In this document: positions 1 through 10,130 of the stretch, piece by piece
How the letters are laid out: every line of letters starts with the position of its first letter
Numbering within the stretch: the stretch's first letter is position 1
Notes under the pieces: generated by a model
What the model was told of the DNA's origin: nothing
Database searches by the model: none
The model's input: the letters and a program-made list of their open reading frames with translations, nothing else
NCBI GenBank assembly: GCA_963664325.2
Contig: CAXXDQ010000007.1
Location: forward strand, 576,001-640,000
DNA from: Desulfomonilia bacterium
Lineage (GTDB): Bacteria > Desulfobacterota > Desulfomonilia > UBA1062
Direction of reading: 5' to 3'
Length of the DNA: 64,000 nucleotides
Position numbers and translations under genes: made by a program

Positions 1-1
1 G

Positions 2-976
2 CATGCCAACTCGCCGTACCATTTCGCCACACCGAAATGCAAACTCATGGTCTGGCGTTCAAGGGATGCCAGGAACTGGACAAAGGTCACGGAATTCAGG
101 GTGCCCGGCGAGGACATAAGGGACCCCAAATTCGCCGTCATCAGGGGCAGGCTCATGCTTTATGTTCTCAAAAGCGTCCGGTTCGAAGCCGAACCGTACA
201 TGACCGCCTATACCTACACGGATGACGGAAAAACCTGGGTTAAGCTTATCGACATCACTGAGCATAACGGCTGGCTTTACTGGAACCCGAAATCCGCCGA
301 TGGAAAAACATGGTATGTACCCGTCTACTGGTACGAGCACGGAAAATCGGCCCTCCTGAAATCAAGCGACGGGATGAAATGGGAAATGGTCTCCATCATA
401 CATAACGGCAGGGATGACAAGACAGGCGCCAATGACCGCAACGATGAAACGGACATCGCATTCATGCCTGACGGCCGCATGATCGCCACCATGCGCATGG
501 AAGGCTCGGACAGCCTGTTCGGCGACCCGAAGGCCTGTACGAATATCGAGGTCTCATCACCGCCATATACAAAATGGTCTGAGCCTGTAAGCGATTTCAC
601 CACAAGACTGGACGGCCCTGCGCTGTTTTCTTATAACGGCAGGATCTATGCCGCAGGCCGGTTTAACCCGTACAAACCCGGCCCGGTAAACTATTTTGGC
701 AGCATATTTGCAAAGAAACGTACATCACTCTTTCTTGTAACCGAAAAGGGGCTTATCAGATTGACTGACTTCCCGAGCGCAGGCGACACCTCATATAACG
801 GCGTTGTCATCAGGGATGGTTTTGCATACATAAGCTACTATACAAGCAGCATCAAACGGGACTGGCCATGGCTCATGGGTATGGTTTCGGCAAGTGATAT
901 ACGCATTGCAAAAGTCAGCCTTGCCGGACTTGAAAAAGCAGCACTCAAATCCGTTTCCGGGAAAGGATGGGAATAG
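2..976 (+). CDS. BNR/sialidase-like beta-propeller protein (5' end outside window)
   Basis: The frame is open from base 2 (HANSPYHF...). It has Asp-box-like motifs (YTDDGKTW, SSDGMKW), the 'DIRDPK' motif, 'ETDIAFMPDGRMIATMR' and 'FPSAGDTSY'. Confidence 0.6.
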   Translation, partial: HANSPYHFATPKCKLMVWRSRDARNWTKVTEFRVPGEDIRDPKFAVIRGRLMLYVLKSVRFEAEPYMTAYTYTDDGKTWVKLIDITEHNGWLYWNPKSADGKTWYVPVYWYEHGKSALLKSSDGMKWEMVSIIHNGRDDKTGANDRNDETDIAFMPDGRMIATMRMEGSDSLFGDPKACTNIEVSSPPYTKWSEPVSDFTTRLDGPALFSYNGRIYAAGRFNPYKPGPVNYFGSIFAKKRTSLFLVTEKGLIRLTDFPSAGDTSYNGVVIRDGFAYISYYTSSIKRDWPWLMGMVSASDIRIAKVSLAGLEKAALKSVSGKGWE

Positions 977-979
977 ACA

Positions 980-2146
980 ATGAGCCTGCAGGATATACTT
1001 ACTCATATAGCCATACCAAGGCCAAGCTACAGTAACGCCTTTGACAGTGTTGTCGCTTTCATAAAGGAATTACTTTTTCCTTATGAGATTCAGTACAGTA
1101 TCCAGGAATTTGTTCTGAAACCAAGACTGGATTTCATTGTGGGTATTACGATTGCCCTGCTGGGGATTATCCTTTGCGGTTTTATCATCAGGAAAAAACC
1201 TCTTGCAGCAATAATAACAGCAATACTAATCCCTGCTGTCCTGATACTTGAGTTTGAATATTTCGTAAGCGTGGTTTCATGGATCATAACAAAACCTGCA
1301 GAAAATATAATCATCCGGTTCCCAAATCCCAATGCGGTCAGGGAGCTCATTTTTGCAGCACATATGGATTCAAAGACAGCTCTGTTTGATCATATTCAAA
1401 GGGCGCACATCTACAGGCTGGTTCCTGTTGCAGTTATCCTCGGATTGATTACTCCCATGATTTATTCTCTCGGGAAAATATTCAGATTTGCAAAGAACAG
1501 GGTCGCATCGGGAATATCGATTATTATTGCTGTAATTCTTGCAGCATACTGGGTGTTGTTCGGTACGAGCTTCTTCGGGTATGTCTTCGTAGAAAACCAG
1601 TCGCCAGGCGCTGTTGATGATGCGGCAAGCGTAGCCATCCTGATCGATCTTGCAAAAGACATCCATGACGGCATGGTAACTACGGCAGACAATTCTGTAA
1701 CGATCCTGCTGACATCCGGCGAAGAAGTCAACCTGCTGGGAGCCCTGGCCTATGTCAATGAATTTCTTCCCGCGGGCAATATCGACAGAAAAATACCGGC
1801 AATGCTTATCAATCTCGACCTCGTCGGACAGGGAGGAAACCTTGCCTATGCAGAAAGCAACGGGGTGTTCCTGAAGCATTACCCGGCGGATACCAAGCTC
1901 GTCAATGAAGTCGGGAAAGCCTGGCAGTCTGTTTCAGGAAAGCCCCTTGAAAAAGGAGAGAAGAGCACGGATGATGCCGTATGCTTTATGGCAAAGGGCA
2001 TCCCTTCGGTAACCATCTACAACACGGGAATTCCAGGCCAGGGGCTGGGCGGTTTTCATTCGGCGGCTGACAACATGCGAAGGATTGACTTAAACAACAT
2101 GAAAATGGTCCTTGCCACGCTCAAACGGATCATAAACAGCAAGTGA
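980..2146 (+). CDS. Membrane-bound M28 family Zn peptidase/amidohydrolase
   Basis: Motifs AHMDSK, GAVDDAAS, GEEV, NLDLVG and FHSAADN, plus about 4 hydrophobic segments. Confidence 0.8.
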   Translation: MSLQDILTHIAIPRPSYSNAFDSVVAFIKELLFPYEIQYSIQEFVLKPRLDFIVGITIALLGIILCGFIIRKKPLAAIITAILIPAVLILEFEYFVSVVSWIITKPAENIIIRFPNPNAVRELIFAAHMDSKTALFDHIQRAHIYRLVPVAVILGLITPMIYSLGKIFRFAKNRVASGISIIIAVILAAYWVLFGTSFFGYVFVENQSPGAVDDAASVAILIDLAKDIHDGMVTTADNSVTILLTSGEEVNLLGALAYVNEFLPAGNIDRKIPAMLINLDLVGQGGNLAYAESNGVFLKHYPADTKLVNEVGKAWQSVSGKPLEKGEKSTDDAVCFMAKGIPSVTIYNTGIPGQGLGGFHSAADNMRRIDLNNMKMVLATLKRIINSK

Positions 2147-2523
2147 ACCGGCTGCTCATATTTTTCTGCTCCGTTATTTTATTGTCATTCGGCTCTGCAG
2201 CTGCTGGCCCGTGTGTTCCAATTACAGATAACATATACAAATCACCCGCATCCCTTAACGGCATGATGAATTTCCTGGAAGTCAAGCACAAAGATTATCC
2301 CGGCCTGAAAGGCTACGGGCTGGGTATAAAACATTTCATCATCGATGGAGAAGACCTCTACGGTCATACCGGGACAGTCCCTGGATATTCAGGGATTGTC
2401 CTGCATAACATGAAAAAGGGCTATACAATCTGCATCCTGGGAAACCTTTCCGTTATCGATCAGGAAGGCCTCTTCAAAGAGGTCCTGGCGAAAATAGTTC
2501 AGCCGATGATTAAGGCTCAATAA
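2143..2523 (+). pseudogene. Internally deleted serine hydrolase (beta-lactamase family) remnant
   Basis: A signal peptide is followed almost directly by the family C-terminal motifs (YGLG, YGHTGTVPGY). There is no SxxK motif and it is only 126 aa. Confidence 0.55.
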
Positions 2524-2876
2524 TAGCCTGATCATACTTGAGTCACGGTGCCTTCAAATAAATCCATGTTCTTGAGAATTGCAGGATTTGTATTTTTTAC
2601 AGTGCCATCAACTTTGCAAAATCAGGGTTCGCTGTCATCATGAGAAGCATCTGTACTTTCCTTTGATATATAAGGCGTACATAATTTTACACAAAAGAAC
2701 CGGTACCGACATTTATAATTTAAAATAATTATGCCGATATTGTTATTGACGGCTTTTCAAAATTTATCGGTTCATGTTTATTGAGTCAGATTATTTGTAA
2801 TTCATGGCAGTGCTTAAAAAGCCCTGCAGGTATTATGATTTTCAATTGGCCGACAAGGCATTAAAGGAGAAGCGAT

Positions 2877-5800
2877 ATGACCCGGGAAAAGGGTTCCTCC
2901 CCAAAGAAGGAAATCCTATCGCGACAGGATGTGAAGAATAAAAAGAGAACTTCATCCGGACAAACCGATGGAGAATCAAGAAAATCGGAAGAACGGTATC
3001 AGAAAGCACAGAAAGTTGGCCATATCGGTAACTGGGAATATGACCTGAAGACACAGCACTTCTGGGGATCGGATGAAGCAAAGCGGATTTATGGATTTGA
3101 TCCTGGAAAATCCGATTTTACGACCGATGAAGTTGAAAATTGCATTCCTGAAAAAGATCGGGTCCATCAGGCACTGATCGACCTTATTGAAAAAGGGAAA
3201 GAATACAATCTGGAATTTGAAATCCATCCTATTAATTCCCCTGAACCCAGATTTATATGGTCCATAGCTGAAGTGCAAAGGGATGAAGACGGTTTACCTC
3301 TGATTGTAACCGGGGTTATTCAGGACATCACCGAACGCAAACGGGCTGATGATAAACTGAAGGAAAGCGAGTTAAGATACCGCTCACTGTTTGAAAATAT
3401 GATAGAGGGGTTTGCTCACTGCAGGATGATTTATGATATAAACGGCCTTCCGGTTGACTGGGTTTATCTTAATGTGAACACTTCATTTGAAAAGCTCACA
3501 GGGTTGAAAGATGTAATAGGCAAGCATGTCACGGAAGTAATACCCGGGATTGCAAAGACGAATCCCGAATTGTTCGACATATACGGCCGCGTTTCAATGA
3601 CCGGAGTTCCGGAACAGTTGGAAACATACCTCCCGATCCTGGAGATATGGCTGCACCTGTCTGTTTTCAGTCCTGGAAAGGATTTCTTTTTCGTGGTTTT
3701 CGAGAACATCTCCGAGCGCAAGAAAGCTGAAGAAATATTGCGGGAGAGCGAAGAAAAATACCGCTCAATCGTGGAGAACATCAATGATGTTTTATATACA
3801 TTGGATAACCAGGGAAATATAACCTATCTCAGCCCGGTCGTAGAGCATTTGACCCAATACAAAGTGGCCGATCTAATAGGGAAGCCTTTTGCGCCGCTGA
3901 TACATCCGGATGATATGCCGGGCCTTTCGGAAAGCTTTAACCGGCTGATGTCGGGACAGATGGAACCGTGGGAATTCCGCATTATGGATAAAGACGGCAC
4001 TATCAAATATGTCCGTACCTCCAGCCGACCCGTATACTCGGATGGCCGTATCAACGGCGTCACTGCTGTTATGAGCAACATTACTGAGCGCAAGCAGGCT
4101 GAGGAGAAACTGAATGAAAGCAGGGAGTCTTTCCGAGCGCTCCTTGAAAATGCAATGGACCTGATCACCATTATGGAAGCAGACGGAACCATAAAATATG
4201 AAAGTCCGTCCAGCAGGATGGTCCTTGGTTATGAACCTTATGAACTTATGGGGAAGAATGCCCTGGATTATATTCATCCTGATGATCTGCCAAAGGCTGC
4301 TAGTGCACTGTCCCCTGAAGCCGCAACCAGAGATGTTGTCCTCATTGAGCTGCGTTTCAGGCATAAAGACGGCTCATGGGTAAATTTGGAAGCCATCGGC
4401 AAAGACCTGCGTGACAATCCGGCGATAGGCGGAATTGTTATTAATTCACGCGACATCACCGAGCGGAAGAAAGCCGAGGAAGAGCTGAAAACGAGCCGGA
4501 TCCGGCTCGCGGAAGCGATGGATATGGCCCATTTGGTAAACTGGGAGTTTGATGTAAAGACAAGCACTTTTACCTTCAACGACAGGTTCTATGCTTTGTA
4601 TGGCACTACTGCTGATCGCGAGGGCGGCTATCATATGACTGCAGACGTTTATTCGCGGGAATTCCTTCATCCGGACGATCAACACCTTGTCACCGAAGAA
4701 GTGATTAAGGCTATAAATGCAACCGACCCGGAGTACACATCACAGGTTGAGCACCGGATAATCCGCAGGGATGGCGAGATCCGGCACATCGTTGTACGTT
4801 TTGGAATCACGAAAAACTCGGAGGGCAGAACTCTCATAACTCACGGGGCCAACCAGGACATCACCGAGCGCAGGCAGGCCGAGGAGGAGAGGGAAAATCT
4901 CCAAGTGCAGTTGAACCAGGCTCAGAAGATGGAATCCGTAGGCCGCCTTGCGGGCGGCGTGGCTCACGATTTCAACAATATGCTCAGCGTCATACTCGGA
5001 CATTCCGAACTTGCCTTGATGCTGGCCAATCCCGAGCAACCGATTTTCGAGGACCTTCAGCAAATCAGGAAAGCAGCCGAACGATCCGCTGATCTCACCC
5101 GCCAGTTGCTTGCTTTTGCCCGCAAGCAGACCGTAGTTCCGATAGTCCTCGATATGAATGAGACAGTGGAAGGAATGCTCACGATGTTGAGGCGGCTCAT
5201 TGGCGAGGATATCGACCTGGCTTGGGTGCCGGCTGAAAATCTTATGCCTGTCAAGATGGATCCTTCCCAGATTGACCAGGTCCTGGCCAATCTCTGCATC
5301 AATGCACGTGACGCCATCGCCGGCGTAGGCAAAGTCACAATCGAAACGGGAAACGCCACATTCAACAAATCATATTGCTATGATCATCCGGACTTTACAC
5401 CAGGAGACTATGTAATGCTCGCAGTGAGCGACGACGGTAAAGGCATGGACAAGGAAACACTGGCAAACATCTTTGAACCTTTCTTCACCACTAAAGACAT
5501 GGGAGAAGGCACCGGCCTAGGGCTGTCCACAGTATACGGAATCGTCAGGCAGAACAACGGATATATAAATGTCTACAGCGAACCCGGCCACGGTACAACC
5601 TTCAGGATATACCTTCCCGGGAACCTTGATAATATAGGACAATTCCAGACAAGCGACCCCTCGGAACCAATCGAGCCCGGCAATGAAACCGTGCTGCTGG
5701 TGGAGGACGAGCCGGCAATCCTGAATATGACCATGACGATGCTCCAACGACTGGGTTATACCGGTCTGGCTGCTCCGGGTCCGCTCGAAGCCATGCGTTT

Positions 5801-6053
5801 GGCTGATAATTACCTAGGCGAAATCCATCTGCTCATGACCGATGTGATCATGCCTGACATGAACGGCCGGGATCTGGCTGCAACTCTTCTGTTCCATTAC
5901 CCGAATATCAAGTGCCTGTTCATGTCAGGCTACACGGCCAACGTCATCGCCCACCACGGCGTGCTGGAAGACGGCGTAAATTTCATCCAGAAACCGTTCT
6001 CGCTTAATGAACTGGCTGCAAAACTGAGGCTGGTACTTGACGGTAAAAAATGA
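2877..6053 (+). CDS. Multi-PAS hybrid sensor histidine kinase with C-terminal receiver
   Basis: About five PAS/PAC repeats ending in DITERK-like motifs, H-box AGGVAHDFNN, N/G boxes (NARDA, DDGKG, GTGLGL) and receiver motifs VEDE/DVIMP/SGY/KPF. Confidence 0.95.
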   Translation: MTREKGSSPKKEILSRQDVKNKKRTSSGQTDGESRKSEERYQKAQKVGHIGNWEYDLKTQHFWGSDEAKRIYGFDPGKSDFTTDEVENCIPEKDRVHQALIDLIEKGKEYNLEFEIHPINSPEPRFIWSIAEVQRDEDGLPLIVTGVIQDITERKRADDKLKESELRYRSLFENMIEGFAHCRMIYDINGLPVDWVYLNVNTSFEKLTGLKDVIGKHVTEVIPGIAKTNPELFDIYGRVSMTGVPEQLETYLPILEIWLHLSVFSPGKDFFFVVFENISERKKAEEILRESEEKYRSIVENINDVLYTLDNQGNITYLSPVVEHLTQYKVADLIGKPFAPLIHPDDMPGLSESFNRLMSGQMEPWEFRIMDKDGTIKYVRTSSRPVYSDGRINGVTAVMSNITERKQAEEKLNESRESFRALLENAMDLITIMEADGTIKYESPSSRMVLGYEPYELMGKNALDYIHPDDLPKAASALSPEAATRDVVLIELRFRHKDGSWVNLEAIGKDLRDNPAIGGIVINSRDITERKKAEEELKTSRIRLAEAMDMAHLVNWEFDVKTSTFTFNDRFYALYGTTADREGGYHMTADVYSREFLHPDDQHLVTEEVIKAINATDPEYTSQVEHRIIRRDGEIRHIVVRFGITKNSEGRTLITHGANQDITERRQAEEERENLQVQLNQAQKMESVGRLAGGVAHDFNNMLSVILGHSELALMLANPEQPIFEDLQQIRKAAERSADLTRQLLAFARKQTVVPIVLDMNETVEGMLTMLRRLIGEDIDLAWVPAENLMPVKMDPSQIDQVLANLCINARDAIAGVGKVTIETGNATFNKSYCYDHPDFTPGDYVMLAVSDDGKGMDKETLANIFEPFFTTKDMGEGTGLGLSTVYGIVRQNNGYINVYSEPGHGTTFRIYLPGNLDNIGQFQTSDPSEPIEPGNETVLLVEDEPAILNMTMTMLQRLGYTGLAAPGPLEAMRLADNYLGEIHLLMTDVIMPDMNGRDLAATLLFHYPNIKCLFMSGYTANVIAHHGVLEDGVNFIQKPFSLNELAAKLRLVLDGKK

Positions 6054-6193
6054 AACCGGAATTCAGATGAAGCTAGATGCTTATGATGCTCATTTGGCCA
6101 TGCTCGATCTGAATCCCAAATACCCTGAATCCATTGAAATGAAATTATGTGAAACATGCTTGATGCATAGAATTTAGCCTGTTTCAACTTATG

Positions 6194-6207
6194 TTGATTC
6201 AAATCAA
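6194..6207. promoter_or_regulatory. FNR/CRP-family binding site upstream of fadL-like gene
   Basis: TTGAT-TCAA-ATCAA is a perfect match to the TTGAT-N4-ATCAA consensus; TATACT lies at 6226-6231. Confidence 0.55.
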
Positions 6208-6315
6208 TATAAACGATTTTCTTTGTATACTGCTATGTCTCAATGAAGTTATTTTCTAAATAAATGAACAAAGAAAAGCTGCCACCAAATTAATTTTTCA
6301 AGAAAGGAGAACGTT

Positions 6316-7581
6316 ATGAAGAGATCATGGATTATAAGCTCAATTGTTTTCACGGCATTGATAACAATAAGTACAAACGTTTTTGCAACAAACGGCGATA
6401 ATCTAATAGCAGTAGGACCTGCTGCTAGGTCGATGGGAGGAGTCGGCATTGCCCAGCCTCAGGACTCGGTAAGCTCAATATTCTCCAACCCGGCGACTAT
6501 GGTTAATGATAATTTTTTCAAGGGCACTGAATTTGATTTTGCCGGAACTGCTTTTATTCCCAGGATCAAGGGATCTGTTGAAACAGCAAATGGGACTTAC
6601 AGTGCCGACAGTGCGAGTTCGGTCTTCGGCATTCCGGCGATAGGGCTGAACACCCCTGCAAGCAAAGACCTGAAAGAGTTGAGGTTCGGAATCGCGGCTT
6701 ACGGCGTTACAGGACTTGGCGTCGACTACAGAGGAACAGCACTTGACAATCCAACCGCCTATTTCGGAACGTACCCGCTGATCACCGGTGAATATACCCA
6801 GCTTCAGATAATGAAATTCTCCCCTTCCCTTGCCTATAAAATAAACAATATGTTTTCAGTGGGAGCAGCAGTGCACATTGATTACTCGACCCTTGATTTA
6901 AGGCATGGTTCATCACCAGCCTATGGTCTGGGTGCAAAACTCGGCGTTATATACAACCCCATTGCACCTGTTTCAATCGGACTCACCTATACCACTCCAC
7001 AGCCTATCAATTACAGACGCATTATCGATTTTGATCAGGACGGCAGCCTTGATTCGCTCAAACTCGAGGCCCCTCAGGAAATCGGAGCAGGAGCCGCATA
7101 TAAGAATGCAGACCTGCTGAACCTTTTGATTGAAGCGGATGTAAAATTTGTTCAATGGTCAAAATCTGACGGATATAAGGATTTTGACTGGAACGACCAG
7201 TGGGTCTACGCAATAGGCGCACAGATTGAACCTGTAAAAAAACTGTCCTTTAGGGCGGGTTTCAATTACTCAAAAAACCCCCTTGTCAGTCATGACGGAT
7301 TCAACGGCAGCAGTATGGTTGAAGTCCAGGGTAAATCAATGCCTGCCTACTATTATGAAACTTTCAGAATTATCGGATTCCCGGCAATCGTGGAGCAGCA
7401 TCTTACATGTGGTGCGGGATACAAATTCAGCGACACTTTTTCTGCGAACCTTGGTTATGTTCACGCTTTTGAAAAAACAATAAGTGAAACAGGCACGGAC
7501 ATTACCGGGATGCAGCCTGTAGCATTGTCATCAACACTTTCAGAAGACAGCGTGGATTTCGGACTTACCTGGAACTTTTAG
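6316..7581 (+). CDS. FadL/OmpP1/TodX family outer-membrane channel for hydrophobic molecules
   Basis: Signal peptide, N-terminal 'TNGDNLIAVGPAARSMGG...NPA' hatch motif, alternating beta-strands, C-terminal aromatic (WNF) and an RBS AAGGAG. Confidence 0.85.
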   Translation: MKRSWIISSIVFTALITISTNVFATNGDNLIAVGPAARSMGGVGIAQPQDSVSSIFSNPATMVNDNFFKGTEFDFAGTAFIPRIKGSVETANGTYSADSASSVFGIPAIGLNTPASKDLKELRFGIAAYGVTGLGVDYRGTALDNPTAYFGTYPLITGEYTQLQIMKFSPSLAYKINNMFSVGAAVHIDYSTLDLRHGSSPAYGLGAKLGVIYNPIAPVSIGLTYTTPQPINYRRIIDFDQDGSLDSLKLEAPQEIGAGAAYKNADLLNLLIEADVKFVQWSKSDGYKDFDWNDQWVYAIGAQIEPVKKLSFRAGFNYSKNPLVSHDGFNGSSMVEVQGKSMPAYYYETFRIIGFPAIVEQHLTCGAGYKFSDTFSANLGYVHAFEKTISETGTDITGMQPVALSSTLSEDSVDFGLTWNF

Positions 7582-7602
7582 ACATAACTCATATCCTTCA
7601 TA

Positions 7603-7640
7603 AAAGTAAGGCGGCCGAACTCCGGCCCCTTACTTCCTCT
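7603..7640 (+). terminator. Probable intrinsic terminator
   Basis: Imperfect hairpin AAGTAAGG-CGGCC...GGCC-CCTTACTT just after the fadL stop. Confidence 0.4.
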
Positions 7641-7861
7641 TTCCAATATCATGACAGTTCTGTTCAACCTGGAGCTTATTGAGACAGAATCTTTAGCAGC
7701 CATCGAACCTGTTGCCCGATAGCAAAAAGATATAGGGTCAGACTTTGATTTCCTTGAAGTTAAACTTCACAATTTTTCTTATTTACTCATCGGCGGCCGG
7801 CACCTGACCAGCCTTAAAACTTCTCCGTCTAAAATATATAAAGCCGGTTCTTTACCGGACT

Positions 7862-8882
7862 CTATCTCACTACTATTTCAAAAAGAATTATCATATCGGC
7901 CTTTGCTTCTTTTGAGTAAAGCTCGTTCGGTGCCGATTCATAATCCGCAGGGGTTTCTCTTTCCGTAACCGATTGCAGAAATCCTGTCTGGGGCAACGAT
8001 CTTTTCTTCAACAAGATATTCTTTAACTGCCTTTGTACGCATTTCGCTCAACTCCTGGTTGTACTCTTTCGAGCTGGAGGAGGATGTGTAGCCCGCAATA
8101 CGGATCTTAAATCTGGTGTTTTCTTTAAGGATGCTGATGCTTCTTTTCAGAAAAACCTTCGCTTCATCTGTAAGGCTTGCCTTATCGAAATCGAAATGCA
8201 TATCTTCAAGCGCAAGTATAACTGAGCTCTCCTCCGGCTCAGATGAAAGAGCGCTCACCGCCCCCTCATACTTCGGATCAGAGGCAAGTATAACAACCTT
8301 CTCCACTGCTGATTCCCCAACCGGTTCCGTTGCTTTCTTTTTACCGCCGAACTGGTAATTGAGCCCGAAAGTGTATTCGAAATTGTTTACGGGTCCGTCA
8401 TCCTGCATGACAAGCCCACGGAAATCGGCCCTCAGTGCGAGGTCTCCGGTAATAAAGAACATCAGCCCGGCCCCGTAATCAAAAATCCCATGGGTATGTT
8501 TCGGCAGCTCGTTAGGATCAGTTTTTCTTCCGCCGAACCCGGCAGCAATATAAGGGATCATACGGCTTTCAGGCATGAAATGATAAAGGAGGTCGAAACC
8601 ATAACGATAGGCAAGGACGTTCTTCCCGCAATAATCGGAACCTGTTGAATATTCTGTTGGCACATAATCGAACAGGGCTTCCATCCCTATATTACCGGTA
8701 AAATTATATCCGGCACGCAAGCCGTAAACAGGGCTGGTTTTCAGGTGATCACTCTGGCCGAAGACATAGGCTCCAAAGATAGGGGAGACATCAAAGGATC
8801 CCGGTCTTACATTTGCATATACGATAGAAGAAATGATCAAGGAAGGAAAAATGACAACCATTAGTAACAAGTTTCTTTTCAT
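7862..8882 (-). CDS. OmpA family protein (beta-barrel + peptidoglycan-binding domain), one frameshift near C-terminus
   Basis: Barrel domain and HFDFDKA...IAGYT...YNQELSEMR...GYG motifs. Removing one base from the G-run 7950-7953 restores the tail PADYESAPNELYSKEAKADMIILFEIVVR* ending at 7862. Confidence 0.85.
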
Positions 8883-8899
8883 CGTAATTCCTCATCCTG

Positions 8900-9706
8900 C
8901 TATCTGTGATCTGGATTTCCTCTTTGTGGCTGGTCATTAGACTGCTGGTGTTGCGTTCTCCCCTGATGCTGCTGGCCACGGGGTTGAGAAATCTGTTGTT
9001 GCTGCTGTTTTTGGTATTGCTGATTCCGAGGCTGATGCTGCTGTTGACCCTGTTGCCCATTTTTCTGGTATGGTTGCATAACCTGTTGTTGACCTTGTTT
9101 GTATTGGTGTATCTGCGGTTGCTGGATCTGAGTTTGCTGATGTTGCGGCTGTCTCTGCTGTTGATATGGCTGCACCCCTGGTCTCTGCTGATATTGTTCC
9201 TGCCTGTGCTGTCTCAGTTCCTGTCTCTGCTGTTGCGATTGAGGCTGGTAGTGCCTAACACCCCATGTTTCCCTTTCCCATACCCTGTTTTCATGCCAGG
9301 TTTTCCAGTTCTTCTGAAGTTGCCGGTCGGGAATCCGCTCATAATACCACCAGTGTCCATGCCAAGCGTGTCTCTTGTAGTATCCTCTCCAGTCAGGGTC
9401 TACATCATAATAAAATCTTGGGACATTGCCATAGTAAGCCCAACCACGATCATAGTAATGTGAACGGTACCATCGACCTTCCCATGGGCGCCACCACCAG
9501 CCATCCCAGAAAAATATATCAATATCTATACCGGGAACAGCATAAACATCGTCTGTATCAGGTATTACCACCACTTCCGGAGGCGTCTCAAATACGACAA
9601 GCGGCGGCAGAGAAATTCCTATATTTATATCTACCCCCGCCATTGCCTGAACAGGAACAACACTGGTCAGTGCCAGAAGCATTGATCCAAAAATTAATTT
9701 TTTCAT
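8900..9706 (-). CDS. Secreted Trp/Tyr-rich (WXXGXW-like) protein with Gln-rich low-complexity tail
   Basis: RBS AAGGAGG precedes ATG 9706; signal peptide, 'GVDINIGISLPP', 'FWDGWWWRPWEGRWY' and a poly-Q rich C-terminus. Confidence 0.75.
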   Translation of the reverse strand: MKKLIFGSMLLALTSVVPVQAMAGVDINIGISLPPLVVFETPPEVVVIPDTDDVYAVPGIDIDIFFWDGWWWRPWEGRWYRSHYYDRGWAYYGNVPRFYYDVDPDWRGYYKRHAWHGHWWYYERIPDRQLQKNWKTWHENRVWERETWGVRHYQPQSQQQRQELRQHRQEQYQQRPGVQPYQQQRQPQHQQTQIQQPQIHQYKQGQQQVMQPYQKNGQQGQQQHQPRNQQYQKQQQQQISQPRGQQHQGRTQHQQSNDQPQRGNPDHR

Positions 9707-10130
9707 TTCGTTGCCTCCTTTTCTCCTATCATCAGAAAACCGCATCTTCCGAACCTGCAGTTTTAATTTGCGGGCCTCCTGATGATTTGGTCTAAAAACC
9801 GACCCTTTTAACAACCTGAAACTGCCTTTTTGCTGTCAGGCTGCAGTATCCGGTTTGGTTCCCGCGCATTAGTTCCTTCCCTTTCAAGATGAGGGAATAT
9901 TACTGCAACGTTGAACAGTCAATGATTATTACTTTAATAATTTATATGTTCAGTAAAATTTAACAATTGGGATAACTTTTCCCTCTTATGGGAAATTATT
10001 TTCTTCAATATTTTCTGATGCCTATGTTTGTCTATATTCAAATGGCTGTTTTCAACATGTTACAGGTACAGGTTTATGGTTTAAACTGGCCGTCTCTTTG
10101 CATAATAATTTTTTCGAGGAGGAACCAATA

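Noticed and set aside
8930-9245. Possible tandem repeat or CRISPR-like array
   Set aside because: These are degenerate Gln-codon repeats inside a CDS with no constant repeat-spacer period; no cas genes are in the window.
8906-9795. Leu-rich plus-strand ORFs
   Set aside because: They are antisense to the Gln-rich gene; CAG/CAA codons read as Leu on the other strand.
9710-9900. Possible riboswitch in the long leader of the Gln-rich gene
   Set aside because: I could not match any known aptamer consensus (for example c-di-GMP) by eye.
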